The notes beneath the pieces are model-generated. The model saw only the letters and a list, made by a program, of their open reading frames with translations. It made no database searches and was not told where the DNA came from. The position numbers and the translations under genes were made by a program. From positions 62,001-126,000 of IMG/VR virus record IMGVR_UViG_3300027754_000034: DNA of 64,000 bases; one strand, given 5' to 3'. Below are positions 20,140 to 29,777 of the stretch, one piece after another (positions within the stretch are counted from its first letter, which is position 1; every line of letters begins with the position of its first letter).

Positions 20140-20845
20140 AAGTAAAAGAATCCCCAGAATTTAATACTATTTCCGATTGGCCTTCATCTTTGATGTAACC
20201 GGCATTTTGCCAATTAGTATTACCACCAGCATTTGAAGCATTTTTGGAAGCAACCTTCACACTATTGTGAAGGTTTTCTAATTTATCGGGTATTGATATG
20301 GGCTCACTCGGTTTCTTCTTGGTAGAAGACTTTTTCTTTGTCTTTTTCCCTGTTTGAACGCCTGAACTAGAATGGTCCTCAGAATCCTTCTGCTGTGTGA
20401 GGTCCACTATATCGAAAGACTTTGACCCCACTATTTGAGTCGAAACTGTTTCCATCACTTTATTGGGTGTTAACCCTTCTTTAAGTGTATCTTCGATATC
20501 CTTGCTGATTATTTTTGTCTCTACCTTCACGCCTTTACCTTTCTTTTTCCTTAAAAGGTCTTCTTTATTACCAGTTGATGGTATTAACACTTCTGGCTTA
20601 AACCATTTCAGTCTAATGTTATCATATGATGGGTCAGAATCATTAGCCCTTACTACATTTAGAAAATATTTTGATTCCCAATTCTGAACCCTTCGGTCAA
20701 ATGCCAAAGACGAAGACCCGGACCTCACGCATGTATTATTCAGACAGTAAACACAAAATTCCGCAGAAAATTGGTCGATAGGTATAGACCTTTTCACTTT
20801 AAAAGATAAATCTGATAGACATTCTTTTAGGTAGTCATTTTTCAT
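20129..20845 (-). CDS. Hypothetical protein (CxxCxxxxC N-terminus, low-complexity basic middle)
   Basis: 238-aa ORF. Confidence 0.65.
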   Translation of the reverse strand: MKNDYLKECLSDLSFKVKRSIPIDQFSAEFCVYCLNNTCVRSGSSSLAFDRRVQNWESKYFLNVVRANDSDPSYDNIRLKWFKPEVLIPSTGNKEDLLRKKKGKGVKVETKIISKDIEDTLKEGLTPNKVMETVSTQIVGSKSFDIVDLTQQKDSEDHSSSGVQTGKKTKKKSSTKKKPSEPISIPDKLENLHNSVKVASKNASNAGGNTNWQNAGYIKDEGQSEIVLNSGDSFTFGS

Positions 20846-20889
20846 CTCAAGAACCTTACTTAGTATAACCGAAAAATGTAAAGTCCCAG

Positions 20890-21465
20890 ATGGCGAAGTT
20901 GTACTTCCGTTATGGCACCATGAACAGTGCCAAAACCTTGAATCTTTTGGCAGTATCTCATAATTATAAATCTCAGGGAAAGAAAGTGATCATAATGAAA
21001 CCGCATGTTGATAATAGGTTCGGAGATACATGTGTAAAATCTAGAACTGGATTATCGGAAGAAACCAATCACATTGTAAGCGACAATGATAATATTTTAG
21101 AAATGTTAGCAATATATACAGATATTTCCTGCGTTTTAGTTGACGAGTGTCAGTTTCTATCTTTTAAAAATATTGAAGAATTGAGGTTATTGACGGACAT
21201 AAGAAATGTTCCTGTTATATGCTTTGGACTAAGAACGGACTTCCAAACCAAACTATTTCCAGGGTCTCATAGACTATTTGAATTGGCGGATAGTATAGAA
21301 GAAATCAAGACAGTTTGTCATAGATGCACTAAAAAGGCTCTTTTTAATATGAGGTTCGAGTCTGGAATCCCAACCAATGTAGGCCCGCAAGTACAATTAG
21401 GTCTTGAAGACAAATATGAACAAGTGTGTTCGAAGTGTTATCTAAATCTTATTGGTTCATTTTAG
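20890..21465 (+). CDS. tdk: Thymidine kinase
   Basis: YGTMNSAKT, VLVDECQF, GLRTDF, CxxC...CxxC. Confidence 0.96.
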   Translation: MAKLYFRYGTMNSAKTLNLLAVSHNYKSQGKKVIIMKPHVDNRFGDTCVKSRTGLSEETNHIVSDNDNILEMLAIYTDISCVLVDECQFLSFKNIEELRLLTDIRNVPVICFGLRTDFQTKLFPGSHRLFELADSIEEIKTVCHRCTKKALFNMRFESGIPTNVGPQVQLGLEDKYEQVCSKCYLNLIGSF

Positions 21466-21573
21466 TCTTTTTATGGAATCACAAAAAATTGAAATCATTG
21501 GTAGAGTAGATTTTATATATTAAAAGCGTAACTTAGCTTAAAAACCGGTTATTGTCGTAAAAGGGGTGAGTCT

Positions 21574-22206
21574 GTGGTATCTCTGGAAATTAATAAAGAA
21601 TCAACTCAAAAGAAACCAGATCGTCTTCCTTGGCCAAGGAATGCGTTTGATGATGAGAAGGTGGCACTTGGTATTGACATTAGAAAGAAGAAACTAGATA
21701 TAGAAAAAATAGTATACAAATTTTTTAAAGTGGATGGTTATTCAATGGAGGATTTACTTCAAGAAGTCTATACTGCGATCATACATAAAAACACCACAAG
21801 AAGTGTTCACGATCCGAGGAAGTCATCTTTTGGTCATTATGTGTACATGGTAGCCAATAATGTGTGCATTAATATAGTATCCAAGAAAAAACGATATGAT
21901 AAAGAAAAAGATAGTATTTTTGAACCTAATCAAGAAACCGGTAAAACCTTAGAAGAGTCATATGAAAGCATATCAGATGGGCATGTGGAGAGTGAAAGCA
22001 TTTTGGCTCTAGAACTACGTCTGAGAAGAATGAAAAGACATGACTTAGCGAGGTATGTTAGAGCATCTCGTGTTGGGTCTTCCCCCGATATCATAAGAGC
22101 AGCATTATCTTATGGAGATAAAAAGGTATCTCATAAGATAATGAGAGATATGAGACATCAAGTAGTAACTATTGCTACGAATTTGTCGAATTCTTGGTCT
22201 TTATAG
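21574..22206 (+). CDS. Phage sigma-70-family (ECF-like) sigma factor
   Basis: Region 2 pattern EDLLQEVY...HDPRKSSFGHYVYMVANN; HTH-like C-terminus. Confidence 0.7.
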   Translation: MVSLEINKESTQKKPDRLPWPRNAFDDEKVALGIDIRKKKLDIEKIVYKFFKVDGYSMEDLLQEVYTAIIHKNTTRSVHDPRKSSFGHYVYMVANNVCINIVSKKKRYDKEKDSIFEPNQETGKTLEESYESISDGHVESESILALELRLRRMKRHDLARYVRASRVGSSPDIIRAALSYGDKKVSHKIMRDMRHQVVTIATNLSNSWSL

Positions 22207-22432
22207 CATTAGCAAATCTTTCGAACTGTCTAAATTTTAGTTCCAGTATTTTAGCAGCTTCCTTTCCCCTTAAAGATTTCGCTATATTGGCCTTCATCAG
22301 ATTCATGGCGAGTTTTGGGTTCTTTAATATTTTCCAGTGTACTTCGCACACATATATTGTGTCCACACCCGGATATTCACCCTCTTCTACTCGCGCTTCA
22401 GCATTTTTTCCACAGTAAAGACAAGGCCCCAT
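22175..22432 (-). CDS. Hypothetical Zn-finger protein
   Basis: CLYC...CEVH; coupled to the upstream gene. Confidence 0.6.
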   Translation of the reverse strand: MGPCLYCGKNAEARVEEGEYPGVDTIYVCEVHWKILKNPKLAMNLMKANIAKSLRGKEAAKILELKFRQFERFANAIKTKNSTNS

Positions 22433-23046
22433 TAGTACCCCTTAGCAATCATACTAACTATCTCTTCAGACTGCAGCCCATCTCTGTTTTTAAAAACATC
22501 GACATTACTGATCACATAATGAAGTATTATTTTTGATTTCCAATAAGATTGACCAGATACTTTTATGATTTTCTCATCCCCCTCTTCCATATAATCTTCG
22601 AATTCTATCAACTTTAATTCCCCATCGACAAAGCTTTGTGGATTGCATAAATCTGGAACACTTTCGGAGAAATGTGTACTACACATCAGTGGTCTATTCT
22701 GATACGCTAAGCACTTGTTCGTCTCGGGATCAAGAACGGGGCACTTAAGTTGCAAATCATACCATGTGTTTAGTGGTATATCCCCGTATTCCATTAACTC
22801 TTCTGATCTTTTAATTACCTCTCCAAGCTTCCCTGATTTCTTTAAAGAATCCGAAATGTTAGCCACTTCCCCTATAGTCGCAAATACGGGCCTACTACAG
22901 CAATGACTACACCCTGGCTTGCATGTTATTTTATCTTTGTAAACTAGCAGTCTACGCTTTTCAGATTTATAAGATATATCTTTACTTATTGACTTTATTT
23001 TATCAAGAGTATTTTTGGATTTATACTCCACTATGTACAATACCAA
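22432..23046 (-). CDS. YkgJ-family CxxxCxxCC metal/Fe-S cluster protein
   Basis: CKPGCSHCC, CPVL, CLAYQNRPLMC. Confidence 0.85.
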   Translation of the reverse strand: MVLYIVEYKSKNTLDKIKSISKDISYKSEKRRLLVYKDKITCKPGCSHCCSRPVFATIGEVANISDSLKKSGKLGEVIKRSEELMEYGDIPLNTWYDLQLKCPVLDPETNKCLAYQNRPLMCSTHFSESVPDLCNPQSFVDGELKLIEFEDYMEEGDEKIIKVSGQSYWKSKIILHYVISNVDVFKNRDGLQSEEIVSMIAKGY

Positions 23047-23051
23047 TACAA

Positions 23052-23089
23052 ATGACCCCCTGCCAGTATGTGCGTTAGCTGGGGGTCAT
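23052..23089 (-). terminator. Intergenic hairpin / probable terminator
   Basis: ATGACCCCC...GGGGGTCAT stem directly after 23095..23766. Confidence 0.55.
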
Positions 23090-23094
23090 CTGCT

Positions 23095-23766
23095 TCAGAT
23101 TACGTTAGCGATAGCTAAATAATTTGATTCAGCCTTCTTAATGATGCTTTCTGTCTCTTCCTCAGAAATAGACACCGATCTAACAAGTTTATATGTGGTT
23201 TCTGCTCCGTCACCCGAACGTGCATATTTCGAGTTATCTTTTAATGCATTGTAGAAAGATTGTCGGCTCCATTTTTCTTTGCCGGAACATGCTTCAGCAT
23301 AAATGTCAGAAGACTTAACAGGACCACCCCCGTGATTTTCAAGTATCTTGTCGATCACTTGCTTCAGCGGTGGTCTTTCATTAGTAACGGGAGATATGCT
23401 AGTTACTTTATTCTCCTTACCTGATGATTTAGATGGTGCTTTTTTGTCCAATTGCTTAACAGCCTTTACTGAATTGCTCTTCTCAACAATTTTATCTGTT
23501 GCTTTAGCAACAGTGGATGTTGTATTCGTGATGGCGGCATTAGTCACTGTGCTAAATACCTTAGATAACTTGTCAAGACTATCAGCCATCTTTCCTATCC
23601 GCTCATTATTAGACTTCAGGAGCTTCATGACCGCTGTAGTTTCGTTATCAATCCCCTTCAGTAGTCGATTAGCCACCGAAGCGATGTTCTTAACATCTGC
23701 TTTATTTGTGATATCAAACTTTTGAGGTGCAATATTCTGAGAAGCATTCTTGTTCGTCGGTTTCAT
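23095..23766 (-). CDS. Hypothetical DNA-binding protein (coiled coil plus C-terminal winged-helix-like segment)
   Basis: LKQVIDKIL...VKSSDIY...SRQSFYNALKD...TYKL pattern. Confidence 0.55.
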   Translation of the reverse strand: MKPTNKNASQNIAPQKFDITNKADVKNIASVANRLLKGIDNETTAVMKLLKSNNERIGKMADSLDKLSKVFSTVTNAAITNTTSTVAKATDKIVEKSNSVKAVKQLDKKAPSKSSGKENKVTSISPVTNERPPLKQVIDKILENHGGGPVKSSDIYAEACSGKEKWSRQSFYNALKDNSKYARSGDGAETTYKLVRSVSISEEETESIIKKAESNYLAIANVI

Positions 23767-24200
23767 TTTGTCCTTTGGGTATAAGATCCCATAACAAAAA
23801 TTTACAATTAAAATTATGCCTTCTTTACGCTGCTACTGAATCGGTTTATGTCCTCTATTGAGATAATGTTGAATCTTCTACAGATTTCTTCTTTTTTGTG
23901 TTCATGATTTAAAAATATGGATTTATGCCGGGATAAGTTTAGTTTATCCATTTCTTTTACGCAAAGCCTCCACAAATGCATAAAATCTGGTTGCTTTTTC
24001 ATATTATATACTACCAATTAGTATGGTTCATTATGGATTTAGGGGATTTCCTAAAAAGATTATCATCACTCAAGACGGAATACGCCATATCACATAAAAA
24101 AGAATTAAAGGATATTTCAGATTTAGAGCAATTTGTAAAAAGTAAGATGGGGATTCCCCAAAATCGGGCTCTTAAGAGTTTAAAGGGGCTTAATTTTTAA

Positions 24201-24512
24201 ATGAATTTATCGAATGCTTTAAAGATACTAGGAATAGATCATAATGCCTATTTTAAAAAATTATCAGAATCCAGTAGAAAAGATAAAATCGTTTTAGTGC
24301 AGGAAACATTGGAAACCTGCAAGAAAAATGGAAAAACATTGATGGCTATGCACCACCCGGATAAAGGAGGGGATGTTAAAAATTTTAAACTAATAAATGA
24401 ATCTCTTAGTGTGATCAGTATGGAATCCGAAGCTTTCACGCTAAAAATGGAGCAGTTAATAATCCAACAAGAAGAAAAATCATCAGGTCGAGTTTTGATA
24501 ACTCATAAGTGA
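24201..24512 (+). CDS. Small J-domain protein
   Basis: ALKILGI...HHPDKGGDVKNFKLINE. Confidence 0.8.
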   Translation: MNLSNALKILGIDHNAYFKKLSESSRKDKIVLVQETLETCKKNGKTLMAMHHPDKGGDVKNFKLINESLSVISMESEAFTLKMEQLIIQQEEKSSGRVLITHK

Positions 24513-24513
24513 T

Positions 24514-25284
24514 ATGGTAATCATATCTTCTATACAATTCAAGCCTACTCTTGCAAGGAATAATGCGGATATCAGGGCTAACTTTAAAAAATGTGAAGAT
24601 TTAGTAAATGAAGCTTGGAAATTTGGTTCTGAACTAGTAGTATTCCCAGAGTTATGCCTTACCGGATATACTTTCTTGACATCGGAAGAGGCTTGGAAGG
24701 CTGCCGAGAGGTTTGATGGCCCCACTTTCAGAGAAATGAGAGGAGTGGCCACGGAACTATCTTCGTATGTGGTTTATGGGTTTTTGGAGGCCGATGGTGA
24801 TAAACTCCACAACAGTTCACTTATAATATCTCCTGATGGAGATATCGTTAGTCGATATAGAAAAGTAAACTTGTGGGGCAATGACTTCCTTTGGGCGACC
24901 CCGGGAACTGAAACCCCAACCGTCGTAAATACTGATTTTGGGACATTATCTCATATAATTTGCCGAGACATTAGGGCAAGAATACCATCTAACATCCCCA
25001 GACAGGCGTCCACGCCATTTTTTAAGGACATAAAACCAAAATATGTAGCTACATGTGCTAACTGGGGTAAGGGTGGATTCCCATCAACCACATGGATGGA
25101 TTTCGCAGCTAACCATAAATGCAATTTAATAATATCTAATAGGTACGGGCAGGAGACTAACAATAATTTTACCAATGACTTTGGTAATGGAGGTTCCCTC
25201 ATCATACAAAAGGATTGGAAAACTCATACCAATGGGTTAAAATTTAACTCAGATTGTGTAGTATCAGCTAGAATCGAGGATTAA
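24514..25284 (+). CDS. Carbon-nitrogen hydrolase (nitrilase superfamily)
   Basis: Glu-Lys-Cys triad: VFPELCLTGY, YRKVNL, ICRDI. Confidence 0.92.
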   Translation: MVIISSIQFKPTLARNNADIRANFKKCEDLVNEAWKFGSELVVFPELCLTGYTFLTSEEAWKAAERFDGPTFREMRGVATELSSYVVYGFLEADGDKLHNSSLIISPDGDIVSRYRKVNLWGNDFLWATPGTETPTVVNTDFGTLSHIICRDIRARIPSNIPRQASTPFFKDIKPKYVATCANWGKGGFPSTTWMDFAANHKCNLIISNRYGQETNNNFTNDFGNGGSLIIQKDWKTHTNGLKFNSDCVVSARIED

Positions 25285-25629
25285 ATGGCACAATTTAATA
25301 TGTGTGATAATTGTAACACTGACCGTAAAACAACATTATGTACTGGAGACTGTTCAAAAAACATATGGTTCGTAAATGGTAAATGCAAATTGGATGAAAT
25401 CACGTACGATACGGTTTATTACGTGCTACAAAAGAACAGATCTGCCAAGAAGGACCTATTAAGGATAACTGCCGACCCTAGTTTAGTCAGACTTGCTGAG
25501 TATACCAATCTAGTAAGTGATGAAATCAAAGATAATATGACCCCCTATAAAGTGATTAACAATCCCGCTCGCACTCTCCCTTTCTATAACTTATATGGTG
25601 GAAATTTAAATCGAAATTTTAAACCGTGA
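25285..25629 (+). CDS. Hypothetical protein
   Basis: 114-aa ORF abutting the nitrilase gene, Cys-rich N-terminus. Confidence 0.55.
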   Translation: MAQFNMCDNCNTDRKTTLCTGDCSKNIWFVNGKCKLDEITYDTVYYVLQKNRSAKKDLLRITADPSLVRLAEYTNLVSDEIKDNMTPYKVINNPARTLPFYNLYGGNLNRNFKP

Positions 25630-25643
25630 ATTCTTATTTCTGT

Positions 25644-25653
25644 CTGAGTGTAA
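25644..25653 (+). promoter_or_regulatory. Putative phage promoter motif CTGAGTGTAA
   Basis: The identical 10-mer lies upstream of mazG (here), recA (33770-33779, minus) and 40792..41073 (41082-41091, minus). TTGAGTGTAC lies upstream of polA. Confidence 0.6.
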
Positions 25654-25667
25654 CTTTCTGAATCATC

Positions 25668-26129
25668 ATGATGGCTCTAAGCAAAGCTGAATTTTTATCT
25701 TGCATATTAAAAGACATTCCGGAGGAACATAAATCGAAAATACTAGAGATTGCCAATCAATTAGAACTGAGAGATTCTATACAGGACTCTGTCATGGAAT
25801 CACATTCCATACTTTGCGATATCAAAGGTATGGGTGTTAATGACGCCTTCGGCAATGACCCCGCCATATTTTATGGACTTGCATTGGCCGGTGAATGTGG
25901 TGAATTGGCCAATAATCTGATTAAGGCTATGCGGGCTGGTGGGAGCCGAGAGGATAAGCACAGAGCTATATGCTCTGAGATTGCAGACGTCTATATTTAC
26001 ACAATATTATTAGCTCAAACGAACGATATCGACCTGGAGTCTATGGTTAGAGAAAAAGTACGAATTATCATTGATAGAGCTAGATCAGGGTATTATGGTG
26101 GAAAAATCCCAGGTCGCGTTAATAGCTAA
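25668..26129 (+). CDS. MazG-like nucleotide pyrophosphohydrolase
   Basis: LAGECGELAN...SEIADVYIY (ExxE...ExxD). Confidence 0.85.
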   Translation: MMALSKAEFLSCILKDIPEEHKSKILEIANQLELRDSIQDSVMESHSILCDIKGMGVNDAFGNDPAIFYGLALAGECGELANNLIKAMRAGGSREDKHRAICSEIADVYIYTILLAQTNDIDLESMVREKVRIIIDRARSGYYGGKIPGRVNS

Positions 26130-26758
26130 ACTTCTCTAACTTCTTCCTTATGCGTAGCAAGTTCGCACATGTTCAAATATAACTCTGATATCTTTTTCTG
26201 ATACCATTCATTCTCTTTTGCAGATTTTTCGTGCATAGCCATGAAATCTTGACGCATTTTATTAAGAAATGGGGCGATTTCTTGATTTCCCCTATTAAAT
26301 TCTCTTCTCATATAGTTAAATAAACTGATAAAATCACCAGCTTTTACTATAGTATCCACATACTTCGCATCCTCCCCATTTTTAGGGACAGAATCACTGA
26401 TTAATTCCTTAATGATTGATGGTAGATATTTTTCTACCATCATGTCTTCAGTGTCATCGACTGCTTTTTTAAGATCAGGATTCGCATACTTAAATGTCCT
26501 AACTACATCACCAGTTACACATTCTCCTATATCATGAATTAAAGCCTTTCTGAGAATGAATGTTTCTATACTATCATCCTGTTTATTCGTATTCTTACTT
26601 ATTGTTCTATGTAAGAGCACACTATGTAAAACAACCCAAAATGTATGCTGCGATACTGATTCTTGATATAATGAAGGAATGCTATTATATCTTATTACAT
26701 AGTCCAGACGCTTAACGTCCGCATGATCATCTACCAAAAATTTTTTCCAGTTAGTCAT
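26126..26758 (-). CDS. HD-domain 5'-deoxynucleotidase / dNTP phosphohydrolase (YfbR-like)
   Basis: RY...ESVSQH, ALIHDIGECVTGD, VKAGD. Confidence 0.88.
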   Translation of the reverse strand: MTNWKKFLVDDHADVKRLDYVIRYNSIPSLYQESVSQHTFWVVLHSVLLHRTISKNTNKQDDSIETFILRKALIHDIGECVTGDVVRTFKYANPDLKKAVDDTEDMMVEKYLPSIIKELISDSVPKNGEDAKYVDTIVKAGDFISLFNYMRREFNRGNQEIAPFLNKMRQDFMAMHEKSAKENEWYQKKISELYLNMCELATHKEEVREV

Positions 26759-26778
26759 TTGTCCTGAACTTGCTACTT

Positions 26779-26997
26779 TTATTTTCTGCTAGTATCTAAA
26801 ATAGCATTACATTTTACATTTGATTCGATTTGTGGAGTCAAATTATATGCAGTAGGTTTAAACCCTAGCACCATCAATGATCTTAACTCTTCAAACAATT
26901 GCGGGTCTGAACCATCAAAATGATAAAGGACCATGTCTCCTTCTTCATCAATATATTCTATTGACCACCTTTTTAAGTATGTTTCTGGTCTTTCCAT
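26779..26997 (-). CDS. Hypothetical protein
   Basis: 72-aa ORF in the minus-strand operon. Confidence 0.5.
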   Translation of the reverse strand: MERPETYLKRWSIEYIDEEGDMVLYHFDGSDPQLFEELRSLMVLGFKPTAYNLTPQIESNVKCNAILDTSRK

Positions 26998-27608
26998 GTT
27001 TTTAAAGCACTGATAGTTAAAACGGATGCTTTGAACAGTTCAGGGAATACCATAGTGTTCCATGTCCCATCTTCAAATACACCATATTCATTAGGAAATG
27101 TCATGTGTATGAAACCGGCTCTCGTAGGAAGACTTTTTAAGTCTATGTGCCTTCTAACACCGTAAAATACTGAATTGCAAACATGTGTGCCTGCAAATTG
27201 AGATATCTTGGCGGAAACACCACCTTCATTTACCATATCTTTTAAATAGTCTATTGGAAGAGTACTCTCATAAGCAGTAGGACCATTTAGATCTATTGGT
27301 CTTTCCTGGACAGGTATCTTGGAATTGTCACCCATGGAAGATAGTTCCACGTTGATTGCAAATCTTTCGAATCGGATAGGACCATTCTTTTTGGTGGCAC
27401 CATACATCAGTACAAAATCGGGTTTAAAATTAGATATTTCTGAACAAGCAATTTCTGTGCATTTTCTAAATAATTGTGGAAGTACTAATCCCCTGACTTC
27501 AATTCCAGGAATGCTAAATTCCTGTTTTTCCCATAAATTTGCTAAATCCCCACTTGGAGTGCGCTTAATACCCCATAGAGGTTCAAACCCAGTTATCAAT
27601 ACCTTCAT
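26973..27608 (-). CDS. pcp: Pyroglutamyl-peptidase I (peptidase C15)
   Basis: KVLITGFEP, RFERFAIN (Glu), AGTHVCN (Cys), GFIHM (His). Confidence 0.92.
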   Translation of the reverse strand: MKVLITGFEPLWGIKRTPSGDLANLWEKQEFSIPGIEVRGLVLPQLFRKCTEIACSEISNFKPDFVLMYGATKKNGPIRFERFAINVELSSMGDNSKIPVQERPIDLNGPTAYESTLPIDYLKDMVNEGGVSAKISQFAGTHVCNSVFYGVRRHIDLKSLPTRAGFIHMTFPNEYGVFEDGTWNTMVFPELFKASVLTISALKTWKDQKHT

Positions 27609-27671
27609 TATATTTAGGCACCAATAATAGATGCAAAATGAAAATTACACACTAGAAAGCGTTCCAAATAC

Positions 27672-28322
27672 ATGGAAATGAGTCATATACCGGTTCTTTG
27701 GCAACAGACATCTTCTGCAGGATTCATATTTAAAGTAACCAGTACTGGAGAGACCGTTTACGTTTACGCCAGAAATAGATACGCAGTTTGTTGTCTGGAG
27801 AAGTTCTCTATGCCTAGGCAGAATAACTCCCATATCTGCACTTTAGAATCTGTTCTTGTAGACTGTAAATCAGTACCTATAGTTTATCCAAAAGCTCGGG
27901 AAATTCCATATACTGAATTCGTTCTGAACTTCATTGATAGAAGAATTCTCATGTCTGATGTCGTCGTGTTCAACTGTTTTGGAAGCAGTCTCGATGCTGA
28001 TGGTTGGGTTCAAGTAAAGAAAATCATTAGCAAAGAAAAGGCTGATAAAGAAAAGGCTGATAAAGAAAAGGCCGTTGTAAGTAATCGTGATATCTTCCGT
28101 ATTACAACGGATTCTCCTATTTTCGCTAAATCATATGAAGCTGAAATTAAACACACTAGTCATCGTTCTAAGCCCAATGAAACAGTTCTGAAAGCTTTGC
28201 AAGGACTGGGGTACTCTAAACAGTCAGTAAATTCTTGGGCATCTGAGTACGACTCATCCGGTAAATCGAATGGGGATATGGTTAAAGCTGGCTGCAAGAT
28301 GATTGCACAAAAGGCATCATAA
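27672..28322 (+). CDS. Unknown N-terminal domain fused to a RuvA C-terminal (domain III)-like module
   Basis: C-terminal TVLKALQGLGYSKQSV...SNGDMVKAGCK matches RuvA-CTD; (KEKAD)3 linker. Confidence 0.6.
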   Translation: MEMSHIPVLWQQTSSAGFIFKVTSTGETVYVYARNRYAVCCLEKFSMPRQNNSHICTLESVLVDCKSVPIVYPKAREIPYTEFVLNFIDRRILMSDVVVFNCFGSSLDADGWVQVKKIISKEKADKEKADKEKAVVSNRDIFRITTDSPIFAKSYEAEIKHTSHRSKPNETVLKALQGLGYSKQSVNSWASEYDSSGKSNGDMVKAGCKMIAQKAS

Positions 28323-28327
28323 ATCAC

Positions 28328-28630
28328 ATGAGTATGAACCTAAAAAATAAATATAATTCAGAAAATTACAATGTTAGACATTCTCCCTTGGATATAGAGA
28401 GCGAACTTACTCAAAGTAATAATTACTATATAGCTATCTCCGATAGTTTCAATTCATCTACCAGAGAATATGTAATCGATAGGGCTAGCTCTGCGAACCA
28501 ACACATAAACTCATCTGAGTCCTTAATATCTAAATTCCTTAAATTTTCAATTTCATTATTTTTAATATTCTCTTCTACCCTAATATTAATGTTTATCATC
28601 GCATTTATTATTACAATCAAGAAATTGTAA
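28328..28630 (+). CDS. Membrane protein (C-terminal TM helix)
   Basis: Hydrophobic C-terminus. Confidence 0.5.
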   Translation: MSMNLKNKYNSENYNVRHSPLDIESELTQSNNYYIAISDSFNSSTREYVIDRASSANQHINSSESLISKFLKFSISLFLIFSSTLILMFIIAFIITIKKL

Positions 28631-28638
28631 AATTTTAT

Positions 28639-29106
28639 ATGTTAGTAACCAAATTTGAAGGATCGAAACTACTTAAATTATATGTCCCGAATTATTATTA
28701 TAGTGAAGAAGTAAGAATAGATAAACAAGACCCGGTGCCTTTTAATGATAGCACACTGATTTGCCCGAAAGTCCACTTTGAATTACCAGACGGGAAATGG
28801 TTTGGCATGGACAATGGAATAATAGAGAAATTCGATATAGATAGAGAATGGGATTGGCGAATACTCAAGGCCAGAAAGAAAATAGACTCCATGATGGAGG
28901 ATCCTGAAATTATATCTGACGGGTTTAAACAACTACAAATATTGGAGTCCTCTTCTACATTATGTGGTATAGACCTCCCCGAATTCGTCCAAATGTTGCA
29001 ACAATCAGCAACGGATGGGGAAGATTTAGAAACCACGTTTAATAGAATAAAAGATGAACACGATAAAATATATAATGACGCTAGTAAACGTAATGAATCT
29101 AAGTAA
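28639..29106 (+). CDS. Hypothetical protein
   Basis: 155-aa ORF with a TGTAA motif upstream. Confidence 0.6.
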   Translation: MLVTKFEGSKLLKLYVPNYYYSEEVRIDKQDPVPFNDSTLICPKVHFELPDGKWFGMDNGIIEKFDIDREWDWRILKARKKIDSMMEDPEIISDGFKQLQILESSSTLCGIDLPEFVQMLQQSATDGEDLETTFNRIKDEHDKIYNDASKRNESK

Positions 29107-29275
29107 CCTAATCTTGGGTTGATATATCTTCGATTCCACTTCAGCTACTTCTAATGATATTAGAATGAAACAGGATATCTGTAAGAATATAAATATGTAA
29201 AAATATACTGGGCTATTTCTTTCATATAATATGGCAGCTAGGATAGATATCCATGCTGCCATATTTATTCCCGAA

Positions 29276-29509
29276 CTAACACTGTTCACTGAACATATTC
29301 CCGAATAACTCTTTGAATTTAATTACGCCGCTTTCCGTCTTGATTTTACTGAACACTAGTTTAGCAAAATGCTTATCAGTCCTTACGCGTCTTGCCGTTA
29401 ATGCCCATTTTTCTCCTCTGGATGGGTGGACACGACACACCCCACAAATATCATCTGTAAGTTTAGACATGATATTGCACCCGATACATTTCCCAATACA
29501 AATAATCAT
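29276..29509 (-). CDS. Hypothetical Zn-finger protein
   Basis: CxxC...CxxC. Confidence 0.5.
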   Translation of the reverse strand: MIICIGKCIGCNIMSKLTDDICGVCRVHPSRGEKWALTARRVRTDKHFAKLVFSKIKTESGVIKFKELFGNMFSEQC

Positions 29510-29777
29510 TTAAGAAAAAACCCTTCCTAATGAGTAATTTTCATTCCGCTTTAGTTATTTATTAATATGGGACAGAATTAATTGCTCGTTAACGAGCAGC
29601 CTCTAGCGAAAAATAACACCGACACAAGCATTAAATATGAACATAATAAAGCGGTTTGGGTTTTTGATAATATACTATTTCTAAATAAATTATCCGGTAT
29701 AATTCATTATTCCACTGATTTTAACTATGTGATAGATGAATCAGAAAAGCATTACCTGAAATAAAGAATAAAACATC

